Shown here: positions 1 to 12,099 of the stretch, one piece after another
How the letters are laid out: each line of letters starts with the position of its first letter
Numbering within the stretch: the stretch's first letter is position 1
Source: Octopus vulgaris
Lineage: Eukaryota
NCBI GenBank assembly: GCA_951406725.2
Contig: OX597817.1
Coordinates: forward strand, 14,818,001 to 14,882,000
Direction: 5' to 3'
Length of the DNA stretch: 64,000 nucleotides
Notes under the pieces: model-generated
Seen by the model: the letters and a program-made list of their open reading frames with translations, nothing else
The model's database searches: none
What the model was told of the DNA's origin: nothing
Program-made: the position numbers and the translations under genes

Positions 1-630
1 TACATTGGCTTTCCCTGTCTTCTTATCATTAATTGTTCTACCTACAAGGTACTATCGATTCGGATAGCTGGTCCCTCAATTGGGTCAACATTTGGCAGAT
101 TCTCCTCCTCCCATCCATTCTCCATGTTCAGCAGTCTTTCATAATGGCATTTCCAAGCCTCTCTCTTTGCAGAAACATTAAATGCAACTGCACCATTATC
201 CATGCGGACACATTTCTCTCCTATGACATCACGGTATTCTCTCGCACACTGTCTTGCAATCCAAAATGCTTCAAGTTTTTGGTCCTCACATCACTGGACA
301 TAGGCAAACTTCTTTTCTGCTTCTCCCCTGGCTAGATATACCTGTCTCCTAGCTTCCCTTCTGGCTATCAGATACAGTTCCTTGTTACCCCAACTCTTCC
401 ATGCCTGTTTCTTTGCTCTAATGGCGTTGTCTACAGTATTGTTCCACCACCACATCACCCTAGGTCTAGATGGAACTTTGCACTAGTCACAGATTTGGTC
501 TGTGGCACTCAGCAAACTGTCCCACAGGCATTCCCAATTCCCATTATGCCACAAGTCTGTAGTTCCTCCTCCCTCTCATCAAATTTCTCAATTAGGATGT
601 CCCTAAATCTTTGACCATATGAAGGATCCA
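1..630 (-). mobile_element. Degraded RTE-clade LINE ORF fragment
   Basis: Minus-strand peptide remnants such as WWNNTVDNAIRAKKQAWKSW, typical of the region between the endonuclease and RT domains. Stops and frameshifts are present. Confidence 0.6.
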
Positions 631-1192
631 GTCAAATGAATATCATCAGGAAAATTGAGAAAAAAAATGGCTTGCATAGAACAATATTCTAAGTAAAATA
701 ACAACTGAAGTAAGATAGAGTGAAATTCAAACAAAATATATTACTTGTCCAAAGCAATCACCATAACAATGAGACCAAGTCAATAAAGGAGCCTCTAAAT
801 GTTCATTCAACCTGCTAGAAATAGCAGTCAAATATTCCTCAAATCACACCCATGTCTTCTTTAAATAAAGACATTGACCAGAGTAGACCTGGATACATAT
901 GTCTGACAAAAAGACAAGATTATCATGACTTGATTTATCATGGCTAACATGGAGCTAAACAGCACTGACCATCATCCAAAATAAAAGGAATAAATGCCAA
1001 TAGTAGCAGTTAACTACAAGTTGTCAAGAGATAAAAAATTTCCTTTATGCTTATGAAGGCAATGTTCTATAATTGAATATAATGCATGAACTAGATTTGG
1101 AAATTTTAATATTGTATGAAATGAATGAGGACATTCAAAATAAAAGACCTAAATATCAGGAAATAAAATGACAAAATATGATTTATATAGCA

Positions 1193-1589
1193 CTAGCAGT
1201 ATCGCCCGGCGTTGCTCGGGTTTATAAGGGAAATAACTATATAAGCATTTTTAGAGAGTTATAGCCAAAAAATAGCAAAAAAATGCATTAAAAATGGGAA
1301 AAAAATTATGGTAAATTCTTTTAAAAATCGTTGACTCATCGTAGACATTTTTAGAGAGTTACTTCCCTTATATAATAGCGAAAAAATGCATTAAAATGGA
1401 AAAAATTATGGTAAATTTTTTTTTAAATCGTAAACTCATCGTAGACGCGCGCTAATACCCAGAAGGGCTCGATATGAATCACGACTATAAGATACCCGGT
1501 TTTGGTTAAACTGCACCGCAAAATGTGGGAGTAGTTAGGAATCTAAATCGTAGGAGACAGACATACAACTTGACTTTTATATATAAAGA
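1193..1589 (-). mobile_element. Non-autonomous Helitron (family A)
   Basis: On the minus strand: 5' TC, 3' CTAG, subterminal hairpin CCCGAGCAACGCCGGG, inserted between A and T with no TSD. Close copies lie at 22157 and 22871. Confidence 0.85.
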
Positions 1590-2275
1590 TATGTAAGTGA
1601 GGAGACTGTACCAATAAAGACATGTGAAGTATATGAAGAATGCCTTGGATAAAAAGTACCAAGAAATCCAAACAGACAAAGCCTGCAGGACAAGACTATG
1701 GAAGACATTGGTAAAAGTGGGGACATTTGAAATCAGGATACTGAACCTCACAAAGGAAATGGCAATGGACTGCAACTATCTATGCAGAATTCTAATACAT
1801 AAGAAATAAGTATGGGCAAATGAAGACCTTTACTTGTTTATATGCTTTTTAAAATAAGGTCCATCATCATCATCATCATCATCAAACATCCATTTTCCGT
1901 ACTGGCATGTGTTGGATGGTTTGACAGGGGTTAGCAAGGCAGAAGACTGCACCAGGCTTCACTGTCTGTTTTGGCAGAGGTTTTACGGCCTGATGTCCTT
2001 CCTAACACGAAATTAGTGCCTTTTACATGACACCAGCACTGATGAGGCCTGTTTCGATATGGATTTTACAGCTGGATACCCTTCCAAATACCAACAATAC
2101 AGAAATTGGCAAAGGCCAGGTTTAAAAGAATATGTGGAACCATAGCAGATTTTTTAAATAATACAAATAAATATTTTAATTTCAGTTGCTTAGAAATTAA
2201 GAATGAGGTTAAAGGTATAATGAGTTATGCAATATGAATAAATAGCTAATCAGCAAAATAACATATCTGACCTAC

Positions 2276-2323
<48 letters not shown>

Positions 2324-2326
<3 letters not shown>

Positions 2327-2556
2327 GAGTGGCTGTGTGGTAAGTAGCTTGTTTACCAATCACATGGTGTTCCGGGTTCAGTCCCACTGCGTGGCACCTT
2401 GGGCAAGTATCTTCTACTATAGCCTCGGGCCGACCAAAGCCTTCTGAGTGGATTTGGTAGACGGAAACTGAAAGAAGCCCATCGTATATATGTATATATA
2501 TATATATATGTATATTTGTGTATATATATATGTTTGTGTGTGTGTGTGTGTATGTT

Positions 2557-2598
<42 letters not shown>

Positions 2599-2827
2599 GT
2601 GTGTGTGTGTTTGTGTGTCTGTGTTTGTCCCTCTAGCATTGCTTGACAACCGATGCTGGTGTGTTTATGTCCCCGTTACTTAGCGGTTCGGCAAAAGAGA
2701 CCGATAGAATAAGTACTGGGCTTACAAAAAGAATAAGTCCCGGGGTCGAGTTGCTCGATTAAAGGCGGTGCTCCAGCATGGCCGCAGTCAAATGACTGAA
2801 ACAAGTAAAAGAGTAAAAGAGAAAAGA

Positions 2828-2829
<2 letters not shown>
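2324..2829 (+). mobile_element. Composite tRNA-derived SINE (dominant family). About 20 further full or partial copies near 7204, 10980, 15605, 17370, 18772, 20140, 23728, 26555, 29105, 30257, 30700, 37804, 38978, 39870, 46003, 55485, 56545, 58470-59393, 61379 and 62910, on both strands
   Basis: Head GGCGCAGGAGTGGCTGTGTGGTAAG...GGTTCAGTCCC (Pol III A/B-box-like), an internal (TA)n(TG)n, and a 3' GTAAAAGA-repeat tail, recurring near-identically. Confidence 0.88.
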
Positions 2830-2871
<42 letters not shown>

Positions 2872-2873
<2 letters not shown>

Positions 2874-3633
2874 CAATAATAATTCTCTAAATGAGATATA
2901 GACAGTGACTGCTCCATAATATAAGGGATATTAGCCAACTGAATATGGCTAGGGACAGGGCAGGGTGGTGGGGGTGTCACTGTTGCATTTAGCCCCAGGC
3001 CAACATCAACGTCACCAGATAGGCCTGACGCCATCACGGCGTCCTCTATCTTGCAAAGGGAGATCATTCACCAAGAAGCGGATACCACACACGGACCTAG
3101 GTTTCAAGGTGTATTGCCTATTATCAACGTGTGGTAAGCATCGCTTCTCGATGAACGACCAACTGTGCAAGATATATATAAGGATTTTCAAGTAAATACA
3201 TTTACTGATTTCGAAAATCTGTTCGACAGCAATAATAATTCTCTAAATGAGATATAGACAGTGACTGCTCCATAATATAAGGGATATTAGCCAACTGAAT
3301 ATGGCTACGGACAGGGCAGGGTGGTGGGGGTGTCACTGTTGCATTTAGCCCCAGGCGAACATCAACGTCACCAGATAGGCCTGACGCCATCACGGCGTCC
3401 TCTATCTATCGAGAAGTGATGCCTACCACACGTTGATAATAGGCAATACACCTTGAAACCTAGGTCCGTGTATGGTATCAGCTTCTTGGTGAATGATCTC
3501 CCTTTGCAAGATAGAGGACGCCGTGATGGCGTCAGGCCTATCTGGTGACGTTGATGTTCACCTGGGGCTAAATGCAACAGTGACACCCCCACCACCCTGC
3601 CCTGTCCCTAGCCATATTCAGTTGGCTAATATC

Positions 3634-3640
<7 letters not shown>
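2872..3640. repeat. Direct plus inverted repeat of an unassigned ~356-bp GC-richer element between (TA)n tracts
   Basis: Copy A 2872-3227, partial direct copy B 3228-3407, inverted copy C 3408-3640 (reverse complement of about 2919-3152). Confidence 0.9.
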
Positions 3641-3683
<43 letters not shown>

Positions 3684-4110
3684 GAATTAGAGATCCTCAA
3701 CCTGCTGATTTTATGTAGTCTATAACATACAACATAAATATTTGTCAGAAGAGAGTTGCAGTAATGATGATGAGTTTCTCTGCCTACAAGACCTTAATCT
3801 TAGTTTTATAGTACAATTTGAAAACAGCTTTGTCATGTTTCTGGTAGTTGAGGTAATTTCTTATCTGGTGACTGAAAAGTTCAGTATTTCATTATTATTA
3901 TAATATGTAATAACTACTATTAAACCAATGCAAAAAAATGTGAAAACAATTTTTCTTCAGTTGAAAGAAGGGGATAACACAATATTACAGTTGGTCAACG
4001 GTTTGTACCATATTAATGACTGAAGGTTTGCCAATCAGCTGGATAGCACTTTCTGTTTTTTGGGGTTTTTTTTCAGAATGTAATCTTGAATACATGTGTG
4101 TATAGTAGTA

Positions 4111-5251
4111 CCTATTTCTTTACTACCCACAAGGGGCTAAACACAGAGAGGACAAACAAGGACAGACATAGGTATTAAGTCGATTACATCGACCCCAGTG
4201 CATAACTGGTACTTAATTTATCTACCCCGAAAGGATGAAAGGCAAAGTTGACCTCGGCGGAATTTGAACTCAGAACATAAACACAGATGAAATACCTATT
4301 TCTTTACTACCCACAAGGGGCTAAACACAGAGGGGACGAACAAGGATAGACAAACGGATTAAGTCGATTACATCGACCCCAGTGCGTAACTGGTACTTAA
4401 TTTATCTACCCCGAAAGGATGAAAGGCAAAGTTGACCTCGGCGGAATTTGAACTCAGAACATAAACACAGATGAAATACCTATTTCTTTACTACCCACAA
4501 GGGGCTAAACACAGAGAGGACAAACAAGGACAGACAAACGGATTAAGTCGATTACATCGACCCCAGTGCGTAACTGGTACTTAATTTATCTACCCCGAAA
4601 GGATGAAAGGCAAAGTTGACCTCGGTGGAATTTGAACTCAGAACATAAACACAGATGAAATACCTATTTCTTTACTACCCACAAGGGGCTAAACACAGAG
4701 GGGACGAACAAGGATAGACAAACGGATTAAGTCGATTACATCGACCCCAGTGTGTAACTGGTACTTAATTTATCTACCCGAAAGGATGAAAGGCAAAGTT
4801 GACCTCGGCGGAATTTGAACTCAGAACATAAACACAGATGAAATACCTATTTCTTTACTACCCACAAGGGCTAAACACAGAGGGGACGAACAAGGATAGA
4901 CAACGGATTAAGTCGATTACATCGACCCCAGTGTGTAACTGACTAATTTATCGACCGAAAGGATGAAAGGCAAAGTTGACCTCGGAATTTGAACTCAGAA
5001 CATAAACACAGATGAAATACCTATTTCTTTACTACCCACAAGGGCTAAACACAGAGGGGACGAACAAGGATAGACAAACGGATTAAGTCGATTACATCGA
5101 CCCCAGTGCGTAACTGTTACTTAATTTATCTACCCCGAAAGGATGAAAGGCAAAGTCGACCTCGGCGGAATTTGAACTCAGAACATAACAGCAGACGAAA
5201 TACTGCTAAGCATTTCGCCCGGCGTGTTAACGTTTCTGCCAGCTCGCCGCC
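4111..5251 (-). mobile_element. Tandem array (6 units, mostly 184 bp) of a second tRNA-derived SINE, with a single head and a 16-bp TSD
   Basis: Unit starts are 4111, 4295, 4479, 4663, 4846 and 5020. The head GGCGGCGAGCTGGCAGAAACG occurs only at 5251. TGTGTATAGTAGTACC flanks the array at 4097 and 5252. Confidence 0.9.
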
Positions 5252-5392
5252 TGTGTATAGTAGTACCACCGTGTGTATAGTAGTACCACCATCCCTCACC
5301 ACCCAGATGTGCGTTCAGGCAAGACAGAATGAGACAACTGGGTGCAGTTTGTTTAGCTGCGGGCAATTAGGCAAGGATGACTGGTTATTTAA

Positions 5393-6766
5393 CCCTTTCG
5401 TTACCATATTCCTGTTGAGATGCTCTGTGTTTCTTTCAATTGTTTTAAATATAACAAAGAATTTAGTAAAATAACTTAGTTATCATTAAGCTAGTGTTAG
5501 GAACATAAATTGTGACTAAGGATCAACATTGGTGGAAGATTTTAACTGGAAACTTATGAAAACAAGACATTTGTATTCAGAACCAGAGCCGGCATGCTGG
5601 CAGAAGCGTTAGCACGCCAGATGAAATGCTTAACGGTATTTCGTCTGTCGTTACGCTGTGAGTTCAAATTCCGCCAAGGTTGAATTTGCCTTTCATTCTT
5701 TCGGGGTCGATAAATTAAGTACCAGTTACGCACTGGGGTCGATGTAATCGACTTAATACCTATGTCTGTCCTTGTTTGTCCCCTCAGTGTTTAGCCCCTT
5801 GTGGGTAGTAAAGAAATAGGTATTTTGTCTGTCGTTACGCTGTGAGTTCAAATTCCGCCGAGGTTGAATTTGCCTTTCATTCTTTCGGGGTCGATAAATT
5901 AATTACCAGTTACGCACTGGGGTCGATGTAATCGACTTAATACCTATGTCTGTCCTTGTTTGTCCCCTCAGTGTTTAGCCCCTTGTGGGTAGTAAAGAAA
6001 TAGGTATTTTGTCTGTCGTTACGCTGTGAGTTCAAATTCCGCCGAGGTTGACTTTGCCTTTCATCCTTTCGGGGTCAATAAATTAAGTACCAGTTACGCA
6101 CTGGGGTCGATGTAATCGACTTAATACCTATGTCTGTCCTTGTTTGTCCCCTCAGTGTTTAGCCCCTTGTGGGTAGTAAAGAAATAGGTATTTTGTCTGT
6201 CGTTACGCTGTGAGTTCAAATTCCGCCGAGGTTGACTTTGCCTTTCATCCTTTCGGGGTCAATAAATTAAGTTCCAGTTACGCACTGGGGTCGATATAAT
6301 CAACTTAATACCTATGTCTGTCCTTGTTTGTCCCCTCAGTGTTTAGCCCCTTGTGGGTAGTAAAGAAATAGGTATTTTGTCTGTCGTTACGCTGTGAGTT
6401 CAAATTCCGCCGAGGTTGACTTTGCCTTTCATCCTTTCGGGGTCAATAAATTAAGTACCAGTTACGCACTGGGGTCGATGTAATCGACTTAATACCTATG
6501 TCTGTCCTTGTTTATCCCCTCAGTGTTTAGCCCCTTGTGGGTAGTAAAGAAATAGGTATTTCGTCTGTCGTTACGCTGTGAGTTCAAATTCCGCCGAGGT
6601 TGACTTTGCCTTTCATCCTTTCGGGGTCAATAAATTAAGTACCAGTTACGCACTGGGGTCGATGTAATCGACTTAATACCTATGTCTGTCCTTGTTTGTC
6701 CCCTCTATGTTTAACCCCTTGTGGGTAGTAAAGAAATAGGTTTCAGCCGGGTTGGTAACGAAAGGG
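5393..6766. mobile_element. piggyBac-like MITE hosting a nested SINE array
   Basis: TTAA-CCCTTTCGTTACC ... GGTAACGAAAGGG-TGAA termini. An uninterrupted relative lies at 47466-47677. Confidence 0.8.
5591..6740 (+). mobile_element. Tandem array (6 x 184 bp) of the same second SINE family
   Basis: One head at about 5591. Units end in AAGAAATAGG at 5820, 6004, 6188, 6372, 6556 and 6740. Confidence 0.9.
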
Positions 6767-7359
6767 TGAACATGTTTTGGCAACAGTACTTTTATGCACT
6801 GGAAGCAAACACACAAATACACAACACACAGAGAAATCTATATATATACAGACAGGATGGGTAAGAGAAAGATAGGAGGGGGAGTGAGAGAGAGAGAGAG
6901 ACAGGACAATTTATTAATTGAACATGACTGACATAAACCCCCCCTCCTATTCATCAAGAAATATGCTCACACACATAAACAGAGAGAGATAGAGGGAGAG
7001 AGAGAGAGAGGAAAGGAGAGAATGAGTGAAACAGTAAAACATCTGAAAGTCAGCATTGGATCAGTGTTACCGAAACAGCTGAGCCAAAATGTCCCATATC
7101 CTAGGTAGGACACCGGCTATGCAGAGTTGAAGTATTTTCTCATCCTGAAGAGAAAGCCTAGCTTTTCAGATGTTGTTTTGGCTATGTTATATATATGTAA
7201 GTTTAGGAGTGGCTGTGTGGTAAGTAGCTTGCTAACCAACCACATGGTTCCGGGTTCAGTCCCACTGCGTGGCATCTTGGGCAAGTGTCTTCTGCTATAG
7301 CCCCGGGCCGACCAATGCCTTGTGAGTGGATTTGGTAGACGGAAACTGAAAGAAGGCTG

Positions 7360-7401
<42 letters not shown>

Positions 7402-7922
7402 ATGTGTGTGTGTTTGTGTGTGTGTGTTTGTCCTCCTAGCATTGCTTGACAACCGATGCTGGTGTGTCACTTGGCAGTTCGGCAAAAGAGACTGATAGAA
7501 TAAGTACTGGGCTTACAAAAGAATAAGTCCCGGGGTCGATTAGCTTGACTAAAGGCGGTGCTCCAGCATGGCCGCAGTCAAATGACTGAAACAAGTAAAA
7601 GAGTAAAAGAGTAAAAGAGTATACATACATAATATGTGCGATTATATGTGATTGTATGAGCTGGCATTTGTAAAGCATTTGTAAAGAATTTAGTCGTCAA
7701 TTTTTCATGAGTAGAACATGTGAAGTGTTGTAAACGAGTTTATTGATGTGTAAAGACTTCCTCGGTGTTATTGAATAATAGAGACAGCCATGTCGCCAGT
7801 GGGCGGTTTTCCTCACTGATTTGTTCACAGAATAATGAATATCTAACAGAAAGTACTTTAGTTACATATAGATGAAAAGCTGTGTGCAAAAGGCTATCAA
7901 GGAGCAAAGGGTGGCATAATAT

Positions 7923-8155
7923 ATATTTCTTTACTACCCACAGGGGGCTAAACACAGAGGGGACAAACAAGGACAGATAAACGGATTAAGTCGATTATAT
8001 CGACCCCAGTGTGTAACTGGTACTTAATTTATCGACCCCGAAAGGATGAAAGGCAAAATCGACCTCGGCAAAATTTGAACCCAGAACGTAACGCCAGACG
8101 AAACACGGCTACGCATTTCTCCCGGCGTGCTAACGTTTCTGTCAGCTCACCGCCT
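7923..8155 (-). mobile_element. Monomeric copy of the second SINE family (others near 14578-14811, 19260-19471, 42065-42216, 51215-51385, 59050-59281)
   Basis: Shared core CCGAGGTCGACTTTGCCTTTCATCCTTTCGGGGTCGATAAATTAAGTACC. Confidence 0.85.
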
Positions 8156-8214
8156 TATAATATACTTAGGTATATTATGGCATAATATACTTAGGTATGT
8201 GTATGTGGTTGAAA

Positions 8215-8537
8215 TCTCTATATATATAAAACTGGGAATGTGTGTCTGTCTGTCTGTCTGTCTGTGTGTGTCCCTAAAACTTGAGAACTACACACTTCTA
8301 TACAAGAGGGAGGACAAGATACAATTGATCGAAATTGCAAGAGATGGGCTTACAATTCCAGTCTGATATATATATTTTGAGTATTGTTATCACTAGCGAT
8401 ATCAAGATATAACTTTGTATTTTGTATTTTATGTGTAGATGTATATATATAGATGTACATGTAATATGTACACATATATATACACATATATACATGCACT
8501 AGCACTATGACCCGGCAACGACGGGTCATAATGCTAG
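8215..8537 (+). mobile_element. Non-autonomous Helitron (family B)
   Basis: A|TCTCTATATATATAAAA start, (GTCT)n, terminal hairpin TATGACCCG-GCAACGA-CGGGTCATA, CTAG|T end. Confidence 0.78.
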
Positions 8538-9262
8538 TACAGTAATAAAGATGTGCATGAAAATACCAACAATCAACAGAATATGTGTCAGATAGACTTT
8601 AACTAGAAACTTCCTGCTCCAAAAGATGAGAAATAGGAGAGGTCTATAGAAAAGCATTTTTATCAAAAGGTTTTGTTTTTTTTATGCTCGAAATGGTTAA
8701 AGGATAACAACTTTACATCCATCCAGTTAAAGGATAGTTTATGAGTGATGTCAGAGACTAAGTAAATTTGGCTTATTAGTTGCACACTAAAGAAAGGAAA
8801 CACTAAGGCAGGTAGTTGGCAAGGTTACAGAGATTTCACTTTCTAAATATATATATCATCATCATCGTCGTCGTTTAACGTCCGTTTTCCATGCTAGCAT
8901 GGGTTGGATGGTTCGACCGGGGTCTGGGAAGCCAGGAGGCTGCACCAGGCTCCAGTCTGATCTGGCAGTGTTTCTACAGTTGGATGCCCTTCCTAATGCC
9001 AACCACTCCATGAGTGTAGTGGGTGCTTAAAATCCGTTCTGTCTGTCTGTGTGTGTGTGTCTTCTAGGATCTTGGCCATCCTCCATCCGATTGCGCTCAA
9101 ATTTGATACGTAGATACCGACGGTATCAGAGCACGTATAAGTCTTGAAAATATTACAAAAATCGATTCCAGGTGAGAATGCGATCGATAAAGCATTCTTT
9201 GGAATAGAAAAAATGTCTATCTTTATTTCTTCTTTTGCTGGTGTCTCAAATTTAGGTTAAAT

Positions 9263-9322
9263 CAGTGTTTCTCAAAGGGGAGGCCTATGGGATGGTCAGA
9301 CAAGTTGTTTTGAGAAAATTTG
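9263..9322. mobile_element. 60-bp hAT-type mini-MITE
   Basis: CAGTGTTTCTCAAA / TTTGAGAAAATTTG termini with an imperfect 8-bp TSD GGTTAAAT/GTTTAAAT. Confidence 0.5.
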
Positions 9323-9378
9323 GTTTAAATGTTTGACAACTTAGCACTGTCCATTGGACAGTGGGGCGCGTTTTGCTC

Positions 9379-9428
<50 letters not shown>

Positions 9429-9496
9429 GAAAATTGATTCGCATCGATTCGATTCGATTCGTTTCGTTTCATTCTTCTCTAAGCTCTATATATATT

Positions 9497-9570
<74 letters not shown>

Positions 9571-11002
9571 AAAAAAACTGGTGAGAATGTGAACCAGCTT
9601 GGAAGCACACCATTACAAAGTAATAGTGGAATTACTGAAAGAACAAGATGCAGTTGTTGGGTAGCAGCAACTAGAGGGGGTTTTGTATTTGACAACTGAG
9701 TGCAAGTGCACATAGAGGGGATTTCAATAAGGGAAGGCAAGTGGAGGGTGGGGGGCTATTATTTTACTGCTTGTTTAAAAGAGCAAAAAGCAAAAAGAGT
9801 AGCAAATACAGTCACTTAATTTGCAGAAGTACTTTTGAGAAGTGGGGAGGAGGATTCCTAAAAAAAAATAATAGCAACGATCCTCTCGACAGAGAACCAG
9901 AAAGTCCAGTTTTAATTTGTGAACATAGAAAGCTTGACAGCCGTGTAATGCAATGAAGCTGTTCTGAGCTTTCCTTCGACATTGTGATATTTTATAGATG
10001 CTTCTTAATGATGAGATGTTGATTTTGTTTATCACTATAGTTACAGCAAAGCAGCATGTGGACTAATTAAAAGTTTTGGGCTTAAAGGTTGTAGACTTTA
10101 GCTCTATAAAGAAGAAGGGATATGTTTAGGAGAATAGTTTCATTCAACTGCTTAAATTTAAGGCCATAAAGATGATTATGGTATTCTTATGTAACATATT
10201 AAATATCATATAGGACACATAAAATCTTTTATTGAATAAACACTAATTAATGGAAACATTTGATATGAATAAAGTGGTGAAAAGAATTACGCAGACACAT
10301 GCTAGCACACAAACACGCACACACACATTATGATACGATGTTATATGAACTAACCCAAAACTACCAGTTTTCTATAGTAAACCGACACTCACTAAGCAAC
10401 AATGCAAATGTTTTCTCTTGGTTGGGTAAATAGGACAGTCAAAGCTGTTTCAAGAGCAAGCAAACAAGTGAAATTTCCTTCTTCTAAGATAAATACCTTT
10501 CACTTTTTTCTGAATATTAACATCTCCCACTGTAATTAAATTGAATAGTGTTTTTCTTTTTATAATTACAACCAATAATTAAAAACAAATTTTTTGTTAA
10601 TTGATGATAAGCAAAATTAAGAGTAAATAAATTTTTCATAACTCATAAATTGAATTACTTCTATTTTGTCAATATACTTCAATGTTGCAGTTTTGTCACG
10701 TGAAATTTATGTACGATTCTGTTTTGTAAATTAGAATCTGAGATTAGTTTATGAATTCCAGTCAGCAATATTCTAAATACAGGAATCTACAGCATTAAGG
10801 GAGTAATGCATTCTTGAAAAACTTGATGTAGCATGAAATCCTGTAAAGCAAAATTAATTTTCCTATTGATTTCCATGTTATAAAGTGATAATATATTTCA
10901 ACAAATTTTCTCAAACAAAAATAGAAAAACCTACCAGCAACACAACCACTTTTATGTTCATAATTTCTAAATATACACAGGCGCAGGAGTGGCTGTGTGG
11001 TG

Positions 11003-11390
11003 TGTGGAAGCACTCCGTCGGTAACGACGATGAGGGTTCCGGTTGATCTGAATCAACGGAACAGCCTGCTCGTGAAATTAACGTGTAAGTGGCTGAGCAC
11101 TCCACAGACACGTGTACCCTTAACGTAGTTCTCGGGGATATTCAGCGTGACACAGAGAGTGACAAGGCTGGCCCCTTGAAATACAGGTACAACAGAAACA
11201 GGAAGTAAGAGTGAGAGAAAGTTGTGGTGAAAGAGTATAGCAGGGATCACCACCATCCCCTACTGGAGCCTCATGGAGCTTTTAGGTGTTTTCGCTCAAT
11301 AAACACTCACAACGCCCGGTCTGGTAATCGAAACTGCGATCCTATGCTCGCGAGTCCGCTGCCCTAACCACTGGGCCATTGCGCCTCCAC
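11003..11390 (-). mobile_element. Third tRNA-derived SINE family (copies at 18288-18672 +, 37262-37648 -, head only at ~16975-17065 +), here nested in a composite SINE
   Basis: tRNA-like head GTGGAGGCGCAATGGCCCAGTGGTTAGGGCAGCGGACTC...GGTTTCGATT. TSD GGCTGTGTGGT at 10991 and 11391. Confidence 0.88.
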
Positions 11391-12099
11391 GGCTGTGTGG
11401 TAAGTAGCTTGCTAACAAACCACATGGTTCCGGGTTCAGTCCCACTGCGTGGCACCTCAGGCAAGTGTCTTCTACTATAGCCTCGAGCCGACCAAAGCCT
11501 TGTGAGTGGATTTGGTAGACGGAAACTGTAAGAAGCCCGTCGTATATATGCATATATATGTATGTGTGTGTGTGTTTGTGTGTCTGTGTTTGTCCCCCTA
11601 GCATTGCTTGACAACCGATGCTGGTGTGTTTATGTCCCCGTCACTTGGCGGTTCAGCAAAAGAGACCGATAGAATAAGTACTGAGCTTACAAAGAATAAG
11701 TCCCGGGGACGATTTGCTCGATTAAAAGGCGGTGCTCCAGCATGGCCGCAGTCAAATGACTGAAACAAGTGAAAGAGTAAAGAGTAAAGAGTACAAAATG
11801 TTCACATAAAAACATTTGAAGAGAAACACATTAGGGAATAAATAAGAATTGTAATATTGTAATAGAGTAGATTTTTACCATAAAAAAAAAGGTGACTACT
11901 ATTTGAGGGATGGTGATAGCAGAATGAAAGTTACTGGGAGGATAACAGCAGACACTATCTTTATCATTAACATGTAGTTGAGGGGTAAAACACATATTTG
12001 AAATTGTTGGATGTTTATGGGGAATTACCTCTTTGTACAGCTCAGTGTAGGAACTGAGCTTGTAAAATCCTCTTGTGATTTTTATTTTACATTCACAAT

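Noticed and set aside
2040-2060. CTGATGAGGCC hammerhead-like start
   Set aside because: There is no downstream GAAA or stem II. It lies in an old RTE 3' UTR copy.
4111-6740. Hammerhead retrozyme interpretation of the 184-bp arrays
   Set aside because: I found no CUGANGA...GAAA core on either strand of the unit. It is kept only as an open mechanism question.
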